NCBI GenBank assembly: GCA_030390025.1
Contig: CM059432.1
Span: 55,988,001 to 56,052,000, forward strand
DNA length: 64,000 nt
Direction of reading: 5' to 3'
Source of the DNA: Squalus acanthias
Taxonomy: Eukaryota
This document shows positions 1 to 12,945 of the stretch, one piece after another (positions within the stretch are counted from its first letter, which is position 1; each line of letters starts with the position of its first letter). The notes beneath the pieces were generated by a model, which saw only the letters and a list, made by a program, of their open reading frames with translations, made no database searches and had not been told where the DNA came from. A program made the position numbers and the translations under genes.

Positions 1-742
1 TTCAACGACCTTGGCATAAATTCTGGGGCTAACCTTATGCATATCAGCACATATGCTGAGATTAACATTTCTGTAAATATGTGTGTGCCACATCAGACTT
101 TTCCTCTTATTAAGGATTAAATGGTTACATGGATGGTGGCTTTGTCTCTGCCCTGACATAGATACAAGTATACTGATGATAAATATACCCATGATGAAAA
201 CCCATTGTTTAAGAGATATACTGCTAGCCTCATCCAATCTGAGTTTTTTTTTAATGGTAATTTAGAATGATCATTTGAAGTGTCAAAATAGGCCAGTAAA
301 CATATCCATCAGCAACTTTGCTGGCTGCTGTTCTGAAGGATTCCAGAAAAATGTTTTCCAGTGAATGAATGATGAAGGAACAGGTTAATCATGGTGGATT
401 TGCATTTTTTTTTAAATGCACACAAGATGTGAAGTTACTGAGGATTCAGTACAAACTGGGAAGTGGGTGAAGAAGATTTGACCCGGTCTGAATAGAACAA
501 CTGTTTCTAGTTTCAACTGTCTTTTTTATGACTTCCTGTACAACATCTCCGCTATAATGATTTTACTAGCAGTTGAGATTTCCTGAAACTTCATTTGGTT
601 GTTTTATTGATTAGATGCATGTTCTATATTTGTATTATTTCTGGCATCTTAATATCATTAGTCTATGATTAAAATAGTCAATTTAACATTTGTATTGTCC
701 TAAAATGTCAATGTATTTTTAAACTCATTTGTTGCTGTTCAG

Positions 743-903
743 AAATGGATAACAAGCTGAGAGAGGAGAGGATGTCCAGACAGAGAGCAGAGAATCAGGT
801 GATGGAAGTGGAAAAAAAGCGGTCTATGTTGGATGTTGACTTAAAGCAGTTCCAACAAAAAGTGGAGCAGCTCAGTAAGCAGAATGAGCGATTGGAGGAT
901 GAG
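743..903 (+). CDS. ROCK1: ROCK1 coding exon (~human exon 19), coiled coil: (E)MDNKLREERMSRQRAENQVMEVEKKRSMLDVDLKQFQQKVEQLSKQNERLEDE
   Basis: ttcag acceptor at 741-742, GAG|gtgaga donor; matches ROCK1 EMEKKLKEERE...SMLDVDLKQ...EDE; 161 nt. Confidence 0.95.
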
Positions 904-1199
904 GTGAGAGGATGTAAACCAAGGTTTATAACCATTTTTTGATATTTTTAGAGTTTTAATATTTATGTTAACATATGAATCTAACAGTAGATGTAGCAGG
1001 AAAAGCAACATTAAGGTAAATATACATTGAGTACTTTTTATATAACTGCAGAGAGACTCAGTCCTGAGTAAACTATGAAGGTAATTTTCACAAGAGCTTG
1101 TAATATGTTATCAGCTTTGATATACAACATACATATTGTTTGAAATTTGTTTTTAAGCAATCATTTTGTAGCGCTAAACCATTGTTTTATAACTGTTTT

Positions 1200-2975
1200 A
1201 CCATTTGAAAGGGAGGTGAAAGAGGTGCCTGAGTTTTGAAAGTTATAAAGGAGAGTGCAAACTTGAAACCCTCAGTATCACAAGGGAAGGAGTAATAGAA
1301 AGGTTTAGGAAACTAAAGGTAAACAAGGTTCCACGCTCTGAGAATGTCCATCCAAGGCTGCTGGTGGAGTTGGATGAGGAGAGTATAGATGTCTTCACCA
1401 GTATCTTTCAAAGTTCACTGGTATCAGATAACATCCCAATGAATTGGAAAGTAGTCAAAGTGCCTTTTTTTTAAAAAAAGACGACTGTGGGATTTACCTT
1501 CAAATGACATACCTCTTGGTCTTACCTTGATTGTGTGGAAAGTGTTTTAAACTTTGACAGCAAAAGAGATCTGAAGTACAGGATCTGATTCCAGAGAGTC
1601 AGCAGGGGCAGGTTGTGTCCAGTTTACTGGATTTCTACATAGATATGGTGGATAAGAGTGAAGCAGTAAATATCATGGGGTAGAGTTTCCACTTTGGGCA
1701 CAATTGGCGATCAGGACGCAAATTGTGCCCAAAATTGCGCTAGTTTTGAGAAGTTTTTTTTAAGTTTCCGCTCACTCATTTGCATATCGGCGAAAGCAAA
1801 ATCGGCCATGAACCAGCGCAATTGAGCAGTGGTTTAGAACTTTAAAAAAAAAAATTTGCCTTCAAGATATTCCTTGATATATTTGAGTGGTAACTTGGTG
1901 TAGTTTGATCAATACAGCTGAAAATGGGTTTATCACAAAAAATAAACATTTTAATCAGAGTGTCTAGTCCACCACCTGCGAGTAACCTGATTTTAAATAA
2001 CTGAAAATGACTTAAAAAAAAAATATACAGAACCATTTGCTAGTTATATTGGGATACAGTAGTCAGTTCCTTAGTAAATTTTAAAAATATATATATTCAA
2101 AAGCTTTTAAAACGTGCCTATTGGTGACCTTGAGACTAAAAGATCCAGCTTAATTTTTAAAGTCTCCTCAAAGGCCCACAAACGAGCGAAATTTGAAGAA
2201 ACTCCCAATGGTGATTAACTCGATCTGGGGTGTGGCCAGTTTTGTGGGTGGGGCCAGCTTCTAGCACGATTTTTTTTTAAACTAACGCAAAAGATTGTGG
2301 AAATTCTACTTGTGCTGATCGGAATTTGCGCTTAAAATTCTGCGATCTTTTGTGCTGGTTTTGCCGCTTTCAGGCGAACCGAGCAGAAACTCCAGGCCTA
2401 TATATATCTGGATTTCAGAAACTTATTTGACATTGTCCCATGTAACAGAATAATTCACACTGTGCGTGTCTACCGGATAGATGGCAAAGTATTAGGCTGA
2501 ATTGAAACATGGCTGATAGGTCGACAGTAAAGCATGGTGATGTGTCAGAGTGGGAAATGGTTACCAGTGGAGTAACACAGGGGTTGGTATTGGGGCTGCT
2601 GTTGTCTATAATTTTTAGAAATTACTTGAAGGATGGAATATTGTCCAAAGTGACTAAATTTGTGGATGGCATCAATTTGAATACAGTGCCCAATGGTGCT
2701 TATCAATGTGCAAAAATTTAGAAGGCTTTGAATAGGCTAGATTAACGGACAGAGACATATCAAGTGGACTTCAACACAGATAAATGTAAATTCATGAGAT
2801 TAAGTATAGGAAGCGAGATTATGGAGTACATGTTAAAAGGAGACGTGTTTGAAGCAGAAGAGATCTTGGGGTTTTGGTGGATAGCTCGTTAAAACCTTTG
2901 GTTCAGTGTTTGTGGGTGAAGAAAGCAAATAAAATTTTGGGATGTGTAACAGAAGTTGTGCCTTATAAGTCTAAA
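1200..2975 (+). mobile_element. Ancient degraded CR1 LINE RT fragment, split by a MITE
   Basis: Remnant motifs AVNIIYLDF, VTSGVTQGLVLG, KFVDG, KKANKILG. Confidence 0.75.
1677..2398. mobile_element. PIF/Harbinger-like MITE
   Basis: Imperfect TIRs GGGGTAGAGTTTC / GAAACTCCAGGCC; interrupts the CR1 motif NIIYLDF with a 3-bp cat/tat duplication. Confidence 0.65.
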
Positions 2976-2981
2976 GTGGTA

Positions 2982-3456
2982 GGGGGAAAAATTGGGTCAT
3001 GCCCCCTTTGGGGCGCTAACTTCGCCGGGGCGCTACTTTTAGCGTCCCGAAAAAGTTAGCCCCCCATGCCCGAAATTCCCTGGTAGCACCCCAAGAGGGA
3101 GGCGGGGTGCTACTGGAAGCGCCCTGCCTCCCTCTTGGGGCGCTGCGAGTGAATATCACAGAGCTATGTCGCGCCGCGGTACTGCAGGCCTTCCTCCCCT
3201 TATTAAAGGGGAGAGGCCTAGCGCAGCGCGACCCGGGGCCCAGCTGGGCCACCAGGGATCGGAGTGCCGGCAAAGAGCCTGGCACTCGAGAAGTGCCGGG
3301 CTCACAGAGCGCAGCCGGCACCCCGCGGGGGGACTGCACAGAAGGCCGGGGACAGCAACGGGGGCAGGTGCTGGCAGGCAGCCAGCAACAAAAATGGCCG
3401 CCCGGCACCTCCCCTTTAATTTGTGCCGCCCCAGCCACAGGTAGGCCCCCCTGCCC
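2982..3456 (+). mobile_element. GC-rich Harbinger-like MITE, truncated copy of the 40365-40988 element
   Basis: Starts GGGGGAAAAATTGGGTCATGCCCCC and closely matches 40365-40740; right end missing. Confidence 0.75.
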
Positions 3457-4074
3457 AAAACATTGCTATATTATTTTTATAAAAAGGAAAAAAAATTCCG
3501 ATGCTAGATGTACACTGCATCTGAAAAGAGAGCAGATTGGTTAACATTCCAAGCAAAAACGTTTCATCCAAGGCTCTTAACAGAGTTTCAGTAACTGAAA
3601 TGTTGATGTATATTTTTGCTTTTCTGATGCTGCAGTGTATGCCCATCATTTTTTTAAAAATCTTTGTAATCCATTTTCACTTGGCTTTTAACTAGAGCTA
3701 AACTCAGCATCTCGGTCCAGGTCACACACTACCTTTGGCCAAGAGGGCAGACAACTTGCACCCAGGCCTCTGCCAATGCAAACCCTCAAAAGATAGTCAG
3801 GAAGGATGTGCGAGTAACTTGGGATGATTTGCCTTCTTCCTGTGGGAATCATCAAACCTTCAGTCAGTTCCTGTCTCACTTGCTGTGCGTAGATTGGCTG
3901 TCATTTTTACCCGTATGACAGTGATTGCACTTCAAAAATTAAATTCATGAATGTGAAGCTCTTTTGGGCATCCTGATAGATGTGATGAGGCACTTTATAA
4001 ATGCAGTTAATTTATTTCCTTCTTAAATTGAGATAATTTAAATGAAATGATGATCAATGTTCTTGATTACACAG

Positions 4075-4259
4075 GTAAAGAATCTGGCACTGCAGCTGGA
4101 GCAAGAGATGAATAAACGGGCAATGACAAAGAGTGAGCTAAAGGCACAGTCATTGGAAGCTGACAACCTTAAAGGTTCAGAGAAGCAGTTGAAACAAGAG
4201 ATCAATTCATTGCTGGAATCCAAGCGGTCGCTAGAATTCCAGCTGGCGCAACTCTCAAA
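4075..4259 (+). CDS. ROCK1: ROCK1 exon (~20): VKNLALQLEQEMNKR...LEFQLAQLS(K)
   Basis: acag|GTAAAG acceptor, AA|gtattt donor; phase 0 in, phase 2 out; homologous to VKNLTLQLEQESNKR. Confidence 0.95.
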
Positions 4260-4876
4260 GTATTTATTTCTTCTTGGGATATTAACATTGTGTAAAATCT
4301 ATTTTAAATGTGCTGTAATGGGAAACTCTATATTAATCTTAGAAAAATGCTTAGTATAAAATTATTAGGAAAAGTTATTTTGTAGTGTATGCTAAATTGC
4401 GGATTTCAAGTGCTATTCAGTGATAATTAACCAGAAATTGGACTAATATTGCATGTGATTTCAAAAATTACTGATAAAATTTTAAGATTAAAATGTTTAA
4501 TAATGTGATGGGACAGCATGTTGAAGTACACTTGTAGTGTGGTAGTTATGCACCAAAGATTCACATTACAATGAGCTAATTGTCTCATTGCATTAAAAGA
4601 AAGACAGACTTAGGGATTCGTAGAGTGGAGGTCAGGTGCTTTACAGGGAGTAAAAATCTGAAGTTGGGTCTTGCACACCTCAGATTGGGAATGTTCCAGG
4701 AAACATTGGCGAAGAAAAAAATAATGCCACTTGTAAAAATACATTACCAAAACTCTATCGTGCACTAACATAGATTTTGTTACAGATCATTTTAAATACT
4801 AAGGTATAGGAAAAAATATTATCTCCGTAATAAACACTTTAAACCACATCATTTTCAGATAAACCTTTTACCTTTC

Positions 4877-5060
4877 ATAGAATAATACAGCGCAGAAGGA
4901 GGCCATTGGGCGCATTGAGTCTGCGCCGGCTCTTTCGAAGAGCAATCCAGTTAGTCCCACTCCCCCGTTCTATCCCCATATCCCTGCAATATTTTCTCCA
5001 AGTATTTATCCAATTACCTTTTGAAGGCTACTATTGAATCTGTATCCACCACCCTATCAT
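4877..5060 (-). mobile_element. CR1 3' end fragment
   Basis: catagaataatacagcgcagaaggaggccatt, the CR1 3' tail shared with other copies in the window. Confidence 0.75.
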
Positions 5061-6159
5061 GACCTCAGTTGCAAATTCTATCCAACATTAAAACTTGTTA
5101 TATTAATTTTAATTACTTGTGACTATGTTTCATCTTCCATTAATGGCCATTCTTAATTTCTCATCTTGTTTTTAAAAAAAAATGCAGAATAGCTTTATTA
5201 TGTATTGTCTCCTAAAAGTGTGTGGTCAAAAGTTGTCACAGTAGTTCCCAACCTATGTATCATTTCCATGATAGGATACATGAGACAGTTCCCAGTTGAA
5301 TCATTCTTCCAATTTTTCCTTACTCTCTGCCATAAAATGCCTGTCCTGTTTGTGGTGCTACCTACAGCCCCTCCCAGCCCAAGTGATCTGTCATGGATCA
5401 ATCGTTTGATTCCTTTGTTAAATTTTATGGTGAGGAGCATTAGGAAGCAGAGAGTTGCAGGTTTAAGTCCTTTCTTTGCGAAGTTCCCAATCTCAGCTGC
5501 ACTGCTCTGGGAAGTGGTGGGCATTACCCTGGCAAAGGAAAATCAGATAGGGTTTCCCTCAGAGCCACTGTTGTCTGCCTCATGGTTGCTGGCTAAGACC
5601 TGCATTGGCAATGGCCTAGGGAACAAGACCAATCACCCCTGCTCTCAGCCGCAATGGGGTATGTCCAACTTAGGGACCAATAAGAAGAGACAGAAGATAA
5701 GAAAGATATCTGTCTTTTAGAAAACATCTGGTGAATTTAAACAGGTTAATTAAAGCTGTAGTGGCAGCAATTTCATCATAATGTGTTACTTGCTAATGTG
5801 TAGGTAGGTCAAAAGAAGTCTATGCTGCAAACTATTCACTATTCCCAGTAGTGCATATTTTTGGGAATATATAGATTGTGTACTAATGTTGTTGAACCTC
5901 TTGCTTATGTGGCATCATACCAGTTATTAGCTGATGTCGAGTCAGTTTTTCTCTCCCTGTAGCTATGAGTACAGATTAAAATGAAAGTAAATTGAAACAG
6001 CTGCCTCTAAATATAGACTATACACTTTTTTTTGCGCACGTAACATATATTATAAAATGTAGTGACGAGGTAGTCGGTCAGGGAAAATGCATCCTCTATC
6101 CATGAAGCAATGGACATTTTAAGCAACTGTTATTTTAAATAATTAATCCCAGGAACTAG

Positions 6160-6523
6160 AAACAGAAAATGCTGGAAATACTCAGCAGGTCAGGCAGCAT
6201 CTGTAGAGAGAGAAACAGAGTTAACGTTTCAGGTCGATGACCTTTCGTCAGAACTGGAAAAAGTTAGAGATGTAACAGATTTTAAGCAAGTTCCACTCTA
6301 TCACAAACCTTCCCTTTTGTTCTTTCCTCCCCTCCCCCCCCTTTCCCTGCCTCTGCACTTGCTTAAAATCTGTTACATCTCTAACTTTTTCCAGTTCTGA
6401 CGAAAGGTCATCGGCCTGAAACGTTAACTCTTCTGTCCACAAATGCTGCCTGACCTGCTGAGTATTTCCAGCATTTTCTGTTTTTATTTCAGATTTGCAG
6501 CATCTGCGGTATTTTGCTTTTGT
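6160..6523 (+). mobile_element. Fold-back Penelope-type non-autonomous element (family A) with hammerhead motifs
   Basis: Inverted arms ~6160-6291 and ~6357-6483 plus a 40-nt unique tail; CTGACGA...GAAACGTT core in both arms. Confidence 0.75.
6393..6429 (+). ncRNA. Minimal type-I hammerhead ribozyme motif
   Basis: AGTT-CTGACGA-A-AGGTC(atc)GGCCT-GAAA-CG-TT-AACT: core, helix II, palindromic ACGT helix III and helix I AGTT/AACT. Confidence 0.7.
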
Positions 6524-7124
6524 ATTAGTTACTTTCCTCCTTGGGTGGGAGTGGAAAGTCGGGAGAGGAGGGAGATAATTCAAATCTCATTATAGCGGAG
6601 GTGGCTACAAGATGACGTGTCTGGCAATGGAGGCTTGAAACCAAGTCTGTGGCAGCCTCGGTAATCCGATAGCTGAATCGGGCAAATCCGCAGTACTCCA
6701 GAGTCCTGTTGATTGACCGGCCATCTCGGCTCATATCTGGTACCTGGAGGGGTAGACCTGTCACTGGGATTCTTCCCACTTACCTCAAATATCAATGCAA
6801 GCTAATGTCACAATTGCTAAAGTGATCCTAGCTGGATAATCAGTGTGAGGCAGCTCTGGCAAGCTGGTTTTACCTGGCTAAACTCCACGTGTAACCCTAT
6901 GCTCTGTTAACCTGCACTTGACTTGGGTTAATGGAATGTGTCCCTACGGCGAGAGAGTTTGAACTGCATATTGGACAAACAGAAACCCTATAGGTGGATG
7001 TGGTTTTATTAGTAGCTTGATTTAGAAAGGCAATGATGGGTTTCCATGCATGTTAGACACCTGATTGAAAAGAAAAAAGACCAGATTTAAGTCATTTATT
7101 CTAGTGCCAGAATTTGTTATACTA

Positions 7125-9200
7125 ATAGAGTCATAGAGTTATTACAGCACAGAAGGAGGCCATTCGGCCCATCGAGCCCATGCCAGCTCTCTGTAGAGCA
7201 ATCCAGTCAGTCCCATTCCCCTGCTCTATCCCCGTAGCCCTGCAAGTTTATTTCCTTCAAGGGCCTATCCAGTTTCCTTTTGAAATCATTGATCGTCTCC
7301 ACTTCCACCGCCCTCGTCAGCAGCGAGTTCCAGGTCATTACTACTCGCTGTGTAAAAAAGTTCTTCCTCACATCCCCCCGTATCTCTTGCCCAAGACCTT
7401 AAATCTGTGTCCCCTAGTCCTTGTACCATCAGCTAATAGGAACAGCCTTTCTCTGTCTACCTTATCCAAACCTGTCATAATCTTGTACACCTCTATTAAA
7501 TCACCCCTCAACCTCCTTTGCTCCAAGGAGAACAACCCCAGCTTCTCCAACCTTACCTTGTAGCTAAAATCCCTCATGCCTGGAACCATTCTGGTAAATC
7601 TCCTCTGCACCCTCTCAAGGACCTTCACAACCTTCCTAAAGTGTGGTGACCAGAACTGGACGCAATACTCTAGTTGTGGCCTAACCAGAGCTTTATAAAG
7701 GTTCAGCATAACTCCCCTGCTTTTGTACTCAATACCTCTATTTATGAAGCCCAAGATCCCATATGCTTTGCTAACTACTCTCTCAATATGTCCTGCCACC
7801 TTCAAAGATCTATGCACATGAACCCCCAGGTCCCTCTGTCCCTGCACACTCTTTAGAACTGTGCCATTAAGTGTATATTGCTTCTCCCGATCCCTTCTGC
7901 CAAAATGCATCACCTCACACTTCTCTGTATTAAATTCCATCTGCTAGCCTATCTATGTCCTGTTGCAGTCGATTGGTATCATCTTCACTGTTTGCCACAC
8001 CTCCAAGTTTGGTATCATTGGCAAATTTTGAAATTTTACACTCTATTCCAATATCCAAGTCATATATATCAAAAAAAGCCATGGTCCCAGCACTGACCCT
8101 TGGGGAACACCACTGTCTACCATCCTCCAGTCTGAAAAACAACCATTTACCACGACTCGCTGTTTTCTGTCCTTAAGCCAATTTCTTAGCCAAGCTGTCA
8201 CTGACCCTCCTATTCCATGAGCCTCAATTTTGTTAACCAGCCTTTTATGTGGTACTTTGTCAAACGCTTTCTTAAAATCCATATAGACAACATCCACTGC
8301 ATTCCCTTCATCAACCTTCTTTGTTACTTCATCAAAAAATTCAGTTAGATTAGTTAAACATGATCTGCCTTTTAGAAATCCGTGCTGGCTCTCCTTAATT
8401 AACTTAAACCTCTCCAAGTGCCTGTTAATTTTTTCCCTGATTATTGTTTCTAAAACTTTACACACCACTGATGTTAAACTGACCAGCCTGCAGTTACTAA
8501 GATTGTCCTTGCACCCTTTCTTGAACAAGGGTGTCACATTTGCCACTCTGGCACCTCCCCCCGTATCTAGGGAAGATTGGAAGATTATGGCAAGCCTTTC
8601 TGCTTTCTCCACCCCCACTTCCCTTAGCAACCTGGGATGCAAGCCATCTGGACCAGGCGACGTATCCACTCTAAGCATATCCAGCCTTTCCAGTACATCC
8701 TGCCGATCAATTTTCACCCCATCCATTACCTCTACCATCTCCGCTTCTATTTTGTCAGCATCCTCTTCTTTAGTAAACACCGATAAAAAGTACTCATTAA
8801 GTATTCTAGCCTTGCCCTCCACCTCCAAGCATATATCACCTTCTTTGTCCCTAATAGGCCCCCCCCCCCCACCCCTGCTCTTACTACCCGCTTACTATTT
8901 ATATGCCGGTAGAAGATTTTTGGGTTCCCTTTTATGTTAACTGCCATTCTATTCTCATTCTCTCTTTGCCAGTCTTATTTTCCTCTTCACTTCCCCTCTC
9001 AACTTATTGTATTTGGCCTGGTTCTCACTTGAAGAATTCACCTGACATGAATCATACACCTTTTTTTTCCATCATATTCTCTATCTCCCTCGTCATCCAA
9101 GGAGCCCTGGTTTTGGTTCCCCTACCTTTCCCTCTTGTTGGAATGTACCTAGCCTGTACCTGAAACATCTCCTCCTTAAAGATCACCCATTGTTCCGTTA
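7125..9200 (-). mobile_element. CR1 LINE, 5'-truncated ORF2 (RT) with frameshifts
   Basis: ORFs 8043-8828 and 7368-7940: [60 protein letters not shown]1 3' tail. Confidence 0.95.
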
Positions 9201-9320
9201 GAATTAGGAGTTGTTGTGTGTCTAATAACATTGTTGCTAGATATGTTTGTCACATAATGTAGCTTTAATTTAAAGTTCGCTACAGCACAGTCTGATAATG
9301 CCCCTTTTCGATTTCTTAAG

Positions 9321-9390
9321 GCAGTATCGAGGAAATGAGGGTCAAATGCGAGAGCTCCAGGACCAGCTTGAAGCAGAGCAATATTTTTCA
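9321..9390 (+). CDS. ROCK1: ROCK1 exon (~21): QYRGNEGQMRELQDQLEAEQYFS
   Basis: ttaag acceptor, TCA|gtaagt donor; peptide matches ROCK1; too short for the ORF track. Confidence 0.97.
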
Positions 9391-9449
9391 GTAAGTGACA
9401 TTTTCCGATATTCCAGGAGTTAACTTTGGATACAATAAAAATACCTTTT

Positions 9450-9585
9450 TTTAATTCATTAATGGGATGTGGGTGTCGCTGGCAAGGCAAGCATTTATTG
9501 CCCATCCCTAATTGCCCTTGAGAAGGTGGTGGTGAGCTGCCATCTTGAACCGTTGCAGTCCGTGTGGTGTAGGTACTCCCACATG
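9450..9585 (-). mobile_element. 3' tail of second LINE family or its partner SINE
   Basis: Reverse complement of caccaccttctcaagggcaattagggatgggcaataaa, as at ~56555. Confidence 0.8.
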
Positions 9586-10254
9586 ACTTCTGAAATCTAC
9601 AATGAATCTTAATTATTTTAGCCACAACCTGCTCTTTCGATTCAAATTTGCTTTGCTCCGTAGGCTCAATGGCCTTTACTCATTCATATCTTATGTTCTT
9701 ACTTGGGTAACATTCCTGGAAAAATATCTCAAAGGTTTAGTCAGCAAATCTTCTTAAATAGCAATACCAGTTATTATTGCATACTGCAGATCCCCACACA
9801 CCATGTAGTATTTTACGTGTTTTTAGTGTTTCCAAATTTATCTGAAAAATCCGATTAAGAAAATAATGGTTTTGCATTGCTGTGTACTAGCATTGTAATA
9901 CCACCAACACACTGTTTTGGTGCTGTTCAGAATGGTGTATTCTAGAAGCTCAATAGTGCCACTAGCAGGTGTGCAGTATGCTTGTAAGTACACACAAAAG
10001 AAATACACCTTGGTAAGGCTTTATCCTTGTTCATTGATGCAAACAATCCCACCATCTATACTTTTTGTAATAAGTTGAAATATTATGTATATCATGGCTA
10101 GCCTTCCCATCAGAATAGCCATCTTACTGCTATTTCCCAGACTAGGATGCTGAATGGCATTTGAGAGCAGAGCACTGAAACACAACAGTTTCTGCGGTCC
10201 TGCCTTCAAAATTATATAGAAATGTGTGCCAAGTTTGAGAGGTCACTTATTTTG

Positions 10255-10640
10255 AGTGCTCCAAAAACTCCAGCTCATCCAAAACTCTGCTGCCCATATC
10301 CTATTTTGCACCAAACCTTGCTCACTCATTGCCGAGACATCCTCCAGTCCACCACCACCTTCTCACATACTCTCCATTCCTGTGACGCATCTTGTGTGTC
10401 CCCTGTCCCTTCGCCCCACTGTTGGCAGCTGTGCCTTTAGTCAGCTAGGTTCCATTCTCTAGAATTTCCTCTCTCAACCTCTCCACTTTCTTTACTTCTT
10501 TAAGACCCTCCATTGACCAAGTTTTTGGTCACCATTCCTAATCTCTTTGGCTCAGGGTCTTTTTTTCTTTATGCCCCTGTGAAGCGCTTTGGAACATTTT
10601 TCTATGTTAAAAGTGCTATATAGATGCAAATTATTGTTGC
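10255..10640 (+). mobile_element. L2 LINE 3' end
   Basis: KLQLIQNSAA motif; tail cctgtgaagcgctttggaac...gtgctatatagatgcaaattattgttg. Confidence 0.8.
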
Positions 10641-11335
10641 TGCTGCTTCCCTGATACTTCGTGGACAAATGCATCATGTCATCGTACACACCATGAAATT
10701 CCAAGTGCTTTAAGTGGTTTTGATTTGGTTCCCTTACAAGTAGTCAGGTTAAGTATGAAAAGAGGGAATCCATTTTAAGAAGTTTGTTTACAACTAACAT
10801 AATTATGACTTGGTCTACGAGAACAAGATGCGAGGACGCAGGTTTAAAACTAAGCCTCGAGCAAGACTAGCGAGTAGAGAATTTATTTTCCTACAGAGTA
10901 GTAGCGAAATGAAACAAAATCCCAGCAAAGGTATTTGAGACTCGGTTGTTCTAGATTCCCCTACTCGAGTCATGTGCTGTCAATTTCCTTTGCTATATTA
11001 AACTTCTCACTCAAATTACCTCCTCATCTTTAGGGATTATAACCCAAATTATACTCAGTCTGTCAAAGCTAAGTCCCTTCAGCTCAGGTATCATCCTGTT
11101 GAACCTTAGCTGGACTGGCTCCATGGCCAGTATATCCTTCCTAAGGTGAGATGTGCAAAGCTGAACACTATACTCCCAAGTGAAGTCTGTATAACTGGCC
11201 TTCGTATTTCCTACATTAAAACTGCAATTTAAAAAAGTACTTCAATAGCTGTGAAGCACTTTGGGATGTCCTGGGGTAATAAAAGAGGCTACATATTTGC
11301 AAGTTTGTTCTTTTTTCTTTAGTTTAATATTCTTT

Positions 11336-12089
11336 GGGGGGAAAATGCTGTATCGCCCCGTTTGGGGCGCCATTATCGGCCGTGCGCAAAGTTTAGCGCC
11401 TGGCACTAATTATCGCCTCCGACTGCAAACTTGACTTTTATCGCCCCTGGAGGTGATTGGAGTGCTAAATCAGGCGCTACACATCTGTCTTAAGGCGCAA
11501 AGGCCGAGGAGCGAGGCGCTACTTCAGAGCGCTGGTGAAGCTCATGTGATGTCAATCAGCAATGGAACACAGACACAATGGCGCCGGCCAGTTCTTTAAG
11601 GGGAGGGTCGATCTTGCTCTACATCCACACCCTGCTCATTGCAGCCTTGAATCTCGGCCTGGAGAGACCTGTTGGAAAGAACAATGGAGAGGCCCAGGGA
11701 AAGAGCTCAGACTGCAGCCCCCATATTCTCTTCTAAATCGATGCAAGGAAGATCAAACCAGAAAGAACCTGCAAAGTGCTGCTCAGTACCCAAAACTCCT
11801 CAACACAGCTTTGAATATCTCCTGCAGTCTCTCTCTCACTCAATGTGTGGTGCAAAAATTTCACCGACAAAAAAAGGCAGGAAGCGGTCACCTTTAAATA
11901 GCGCTTTAAATAGTCACGATCGGCCGGCGCAGGAGATCGTGGTGGTAGTGTTTAGCGCCGCTGCAAAATGTCTAGTTAATTTCGTGAGCGGTGCAAAGTT
12001 CGCCGCGCACGGGCGCTAGTTGCTTTGCGCCCCATTAGCGCCCTCTTAAGGTGCTAACGGGAGGTGCAATCCAACTGAATTTTTCCCCC
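11336..12089. mobile_element. Harbinger-like MITE related to 40365-40988
   Basis: GGGGGGAAAAT...AATTTTTCCCCC termini; last ~80 nt match the end of the 40365 element. Confidence 0.7.
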
Positions 12090-12339
12090 GTTTTCTTTCT
12101 CTTTCGATCTTTTTCTTTCGATCTTTCTTTCTTCTGCTCTTCTCTATTCCCAAATCCAAATATGATAACCTTGGGGCCCAGCACTGATTCATGGAGAATG
12201 CCACTTATCACTGCCTGCTAATCCAGGATGTTCCTTTTATCCCAATGCTATGTCTCCCATCTCCGAGTCAATTTCCTATCCATTGTAGGAGTTTCTCTTC
12301 AGTTCCATATGCCTCAATTTTATCTAGGTTTAAATGTCA

Positions 12340-12945
12340 GCTTTGCCAAGAGGTTGCACTCGTGCCTCTGTCAGGCGGTCATGGGTTCATGTCTCACTGC
12401 AGGACTTGAGCACATCACCTAGGGTGATACACCAGTGTAGTACAGCGGGAGTACAGCATTGTCAGATATGCCTTCTTTCAGATGAGGTGTTAAACCGAAG
12501 CCCTGTATGCCTGCTCAGGTGGACATAAAAAACAATCCCATGGCACTATTCGAAGAAAATTGAGAGGTCGCACAACACCAGGTTATAGTCCAACAGTTTT
12601 ATTTGAAATCACAAGCTTTCGGAGCTATCGATCGCCCCTTCCTCAGGTCCGAAAGCTTGTGATTTCAAATAAAACTGTTGGACTATAACCTGGTGTTGTG
12701 CGACCTCTCAGTTTTGTCCACCCCAGTCCAACACCGGCATCTCCGCATCATGACCACTATTCGAAGAAGAGCAGGGAAGTTCTCCCAGTGTCCTGACTAA
12801 CATTTATCCTTCAACCAAAACACAATATCTAGTTAGTTAAATTGGCTGCCACGTTTGCCTATATAACAACAGTGACTATACTTCAAAAGTAATTGGGTGT
12901 GAAATGCTTTGGGATGTCCTGAGGGCATGAAACGCGCTGTATAAG
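12340..12945 (+). mobile_element. Deu-domain SINE (SacSINE1/AmnSINE1-like), interrupted by a palindromic element
   Basis: gatgaggtgttaaaccgaagccctg...ggtggacataaaa...cccatggcactattcgaagaagagcaggg core; L2-like tail. Confidence 0.75.
12558..12754 (+). mobile_element. Fold-back Penelope-type element (family B) with 14-bp TSD
   Basis: TSD cactattcgaagaa at 12544-12557 and 12755-12768; inverted arms; tail ttttgtccaccccagtccaacaccggcatctcc. Confidence 0.8.

Noticed and set aside
3016..3544. Overlapping 90-145 aa ORFs on both strands (also 40112-40847 and 11562-12019)
   Set aside because: They lie in GC-rich MITEs where stops are scarce; frames are not kept between copies; no domain motifs.
5205..5720. 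171-aa ORF
   Set aside because: Intronic, overlaps a SINE-like fragment, non-ATG start, no recognisable domain.
12558..12754. Palindromes as CRISPR repeats, terminators or DNA-transposon TIRs
   Set aside because: Vertebrate DNA with no repeat-spacer array; 14-15 bp TSDs and a one-sided tail fit retrotransposition, not cut-and-paste.
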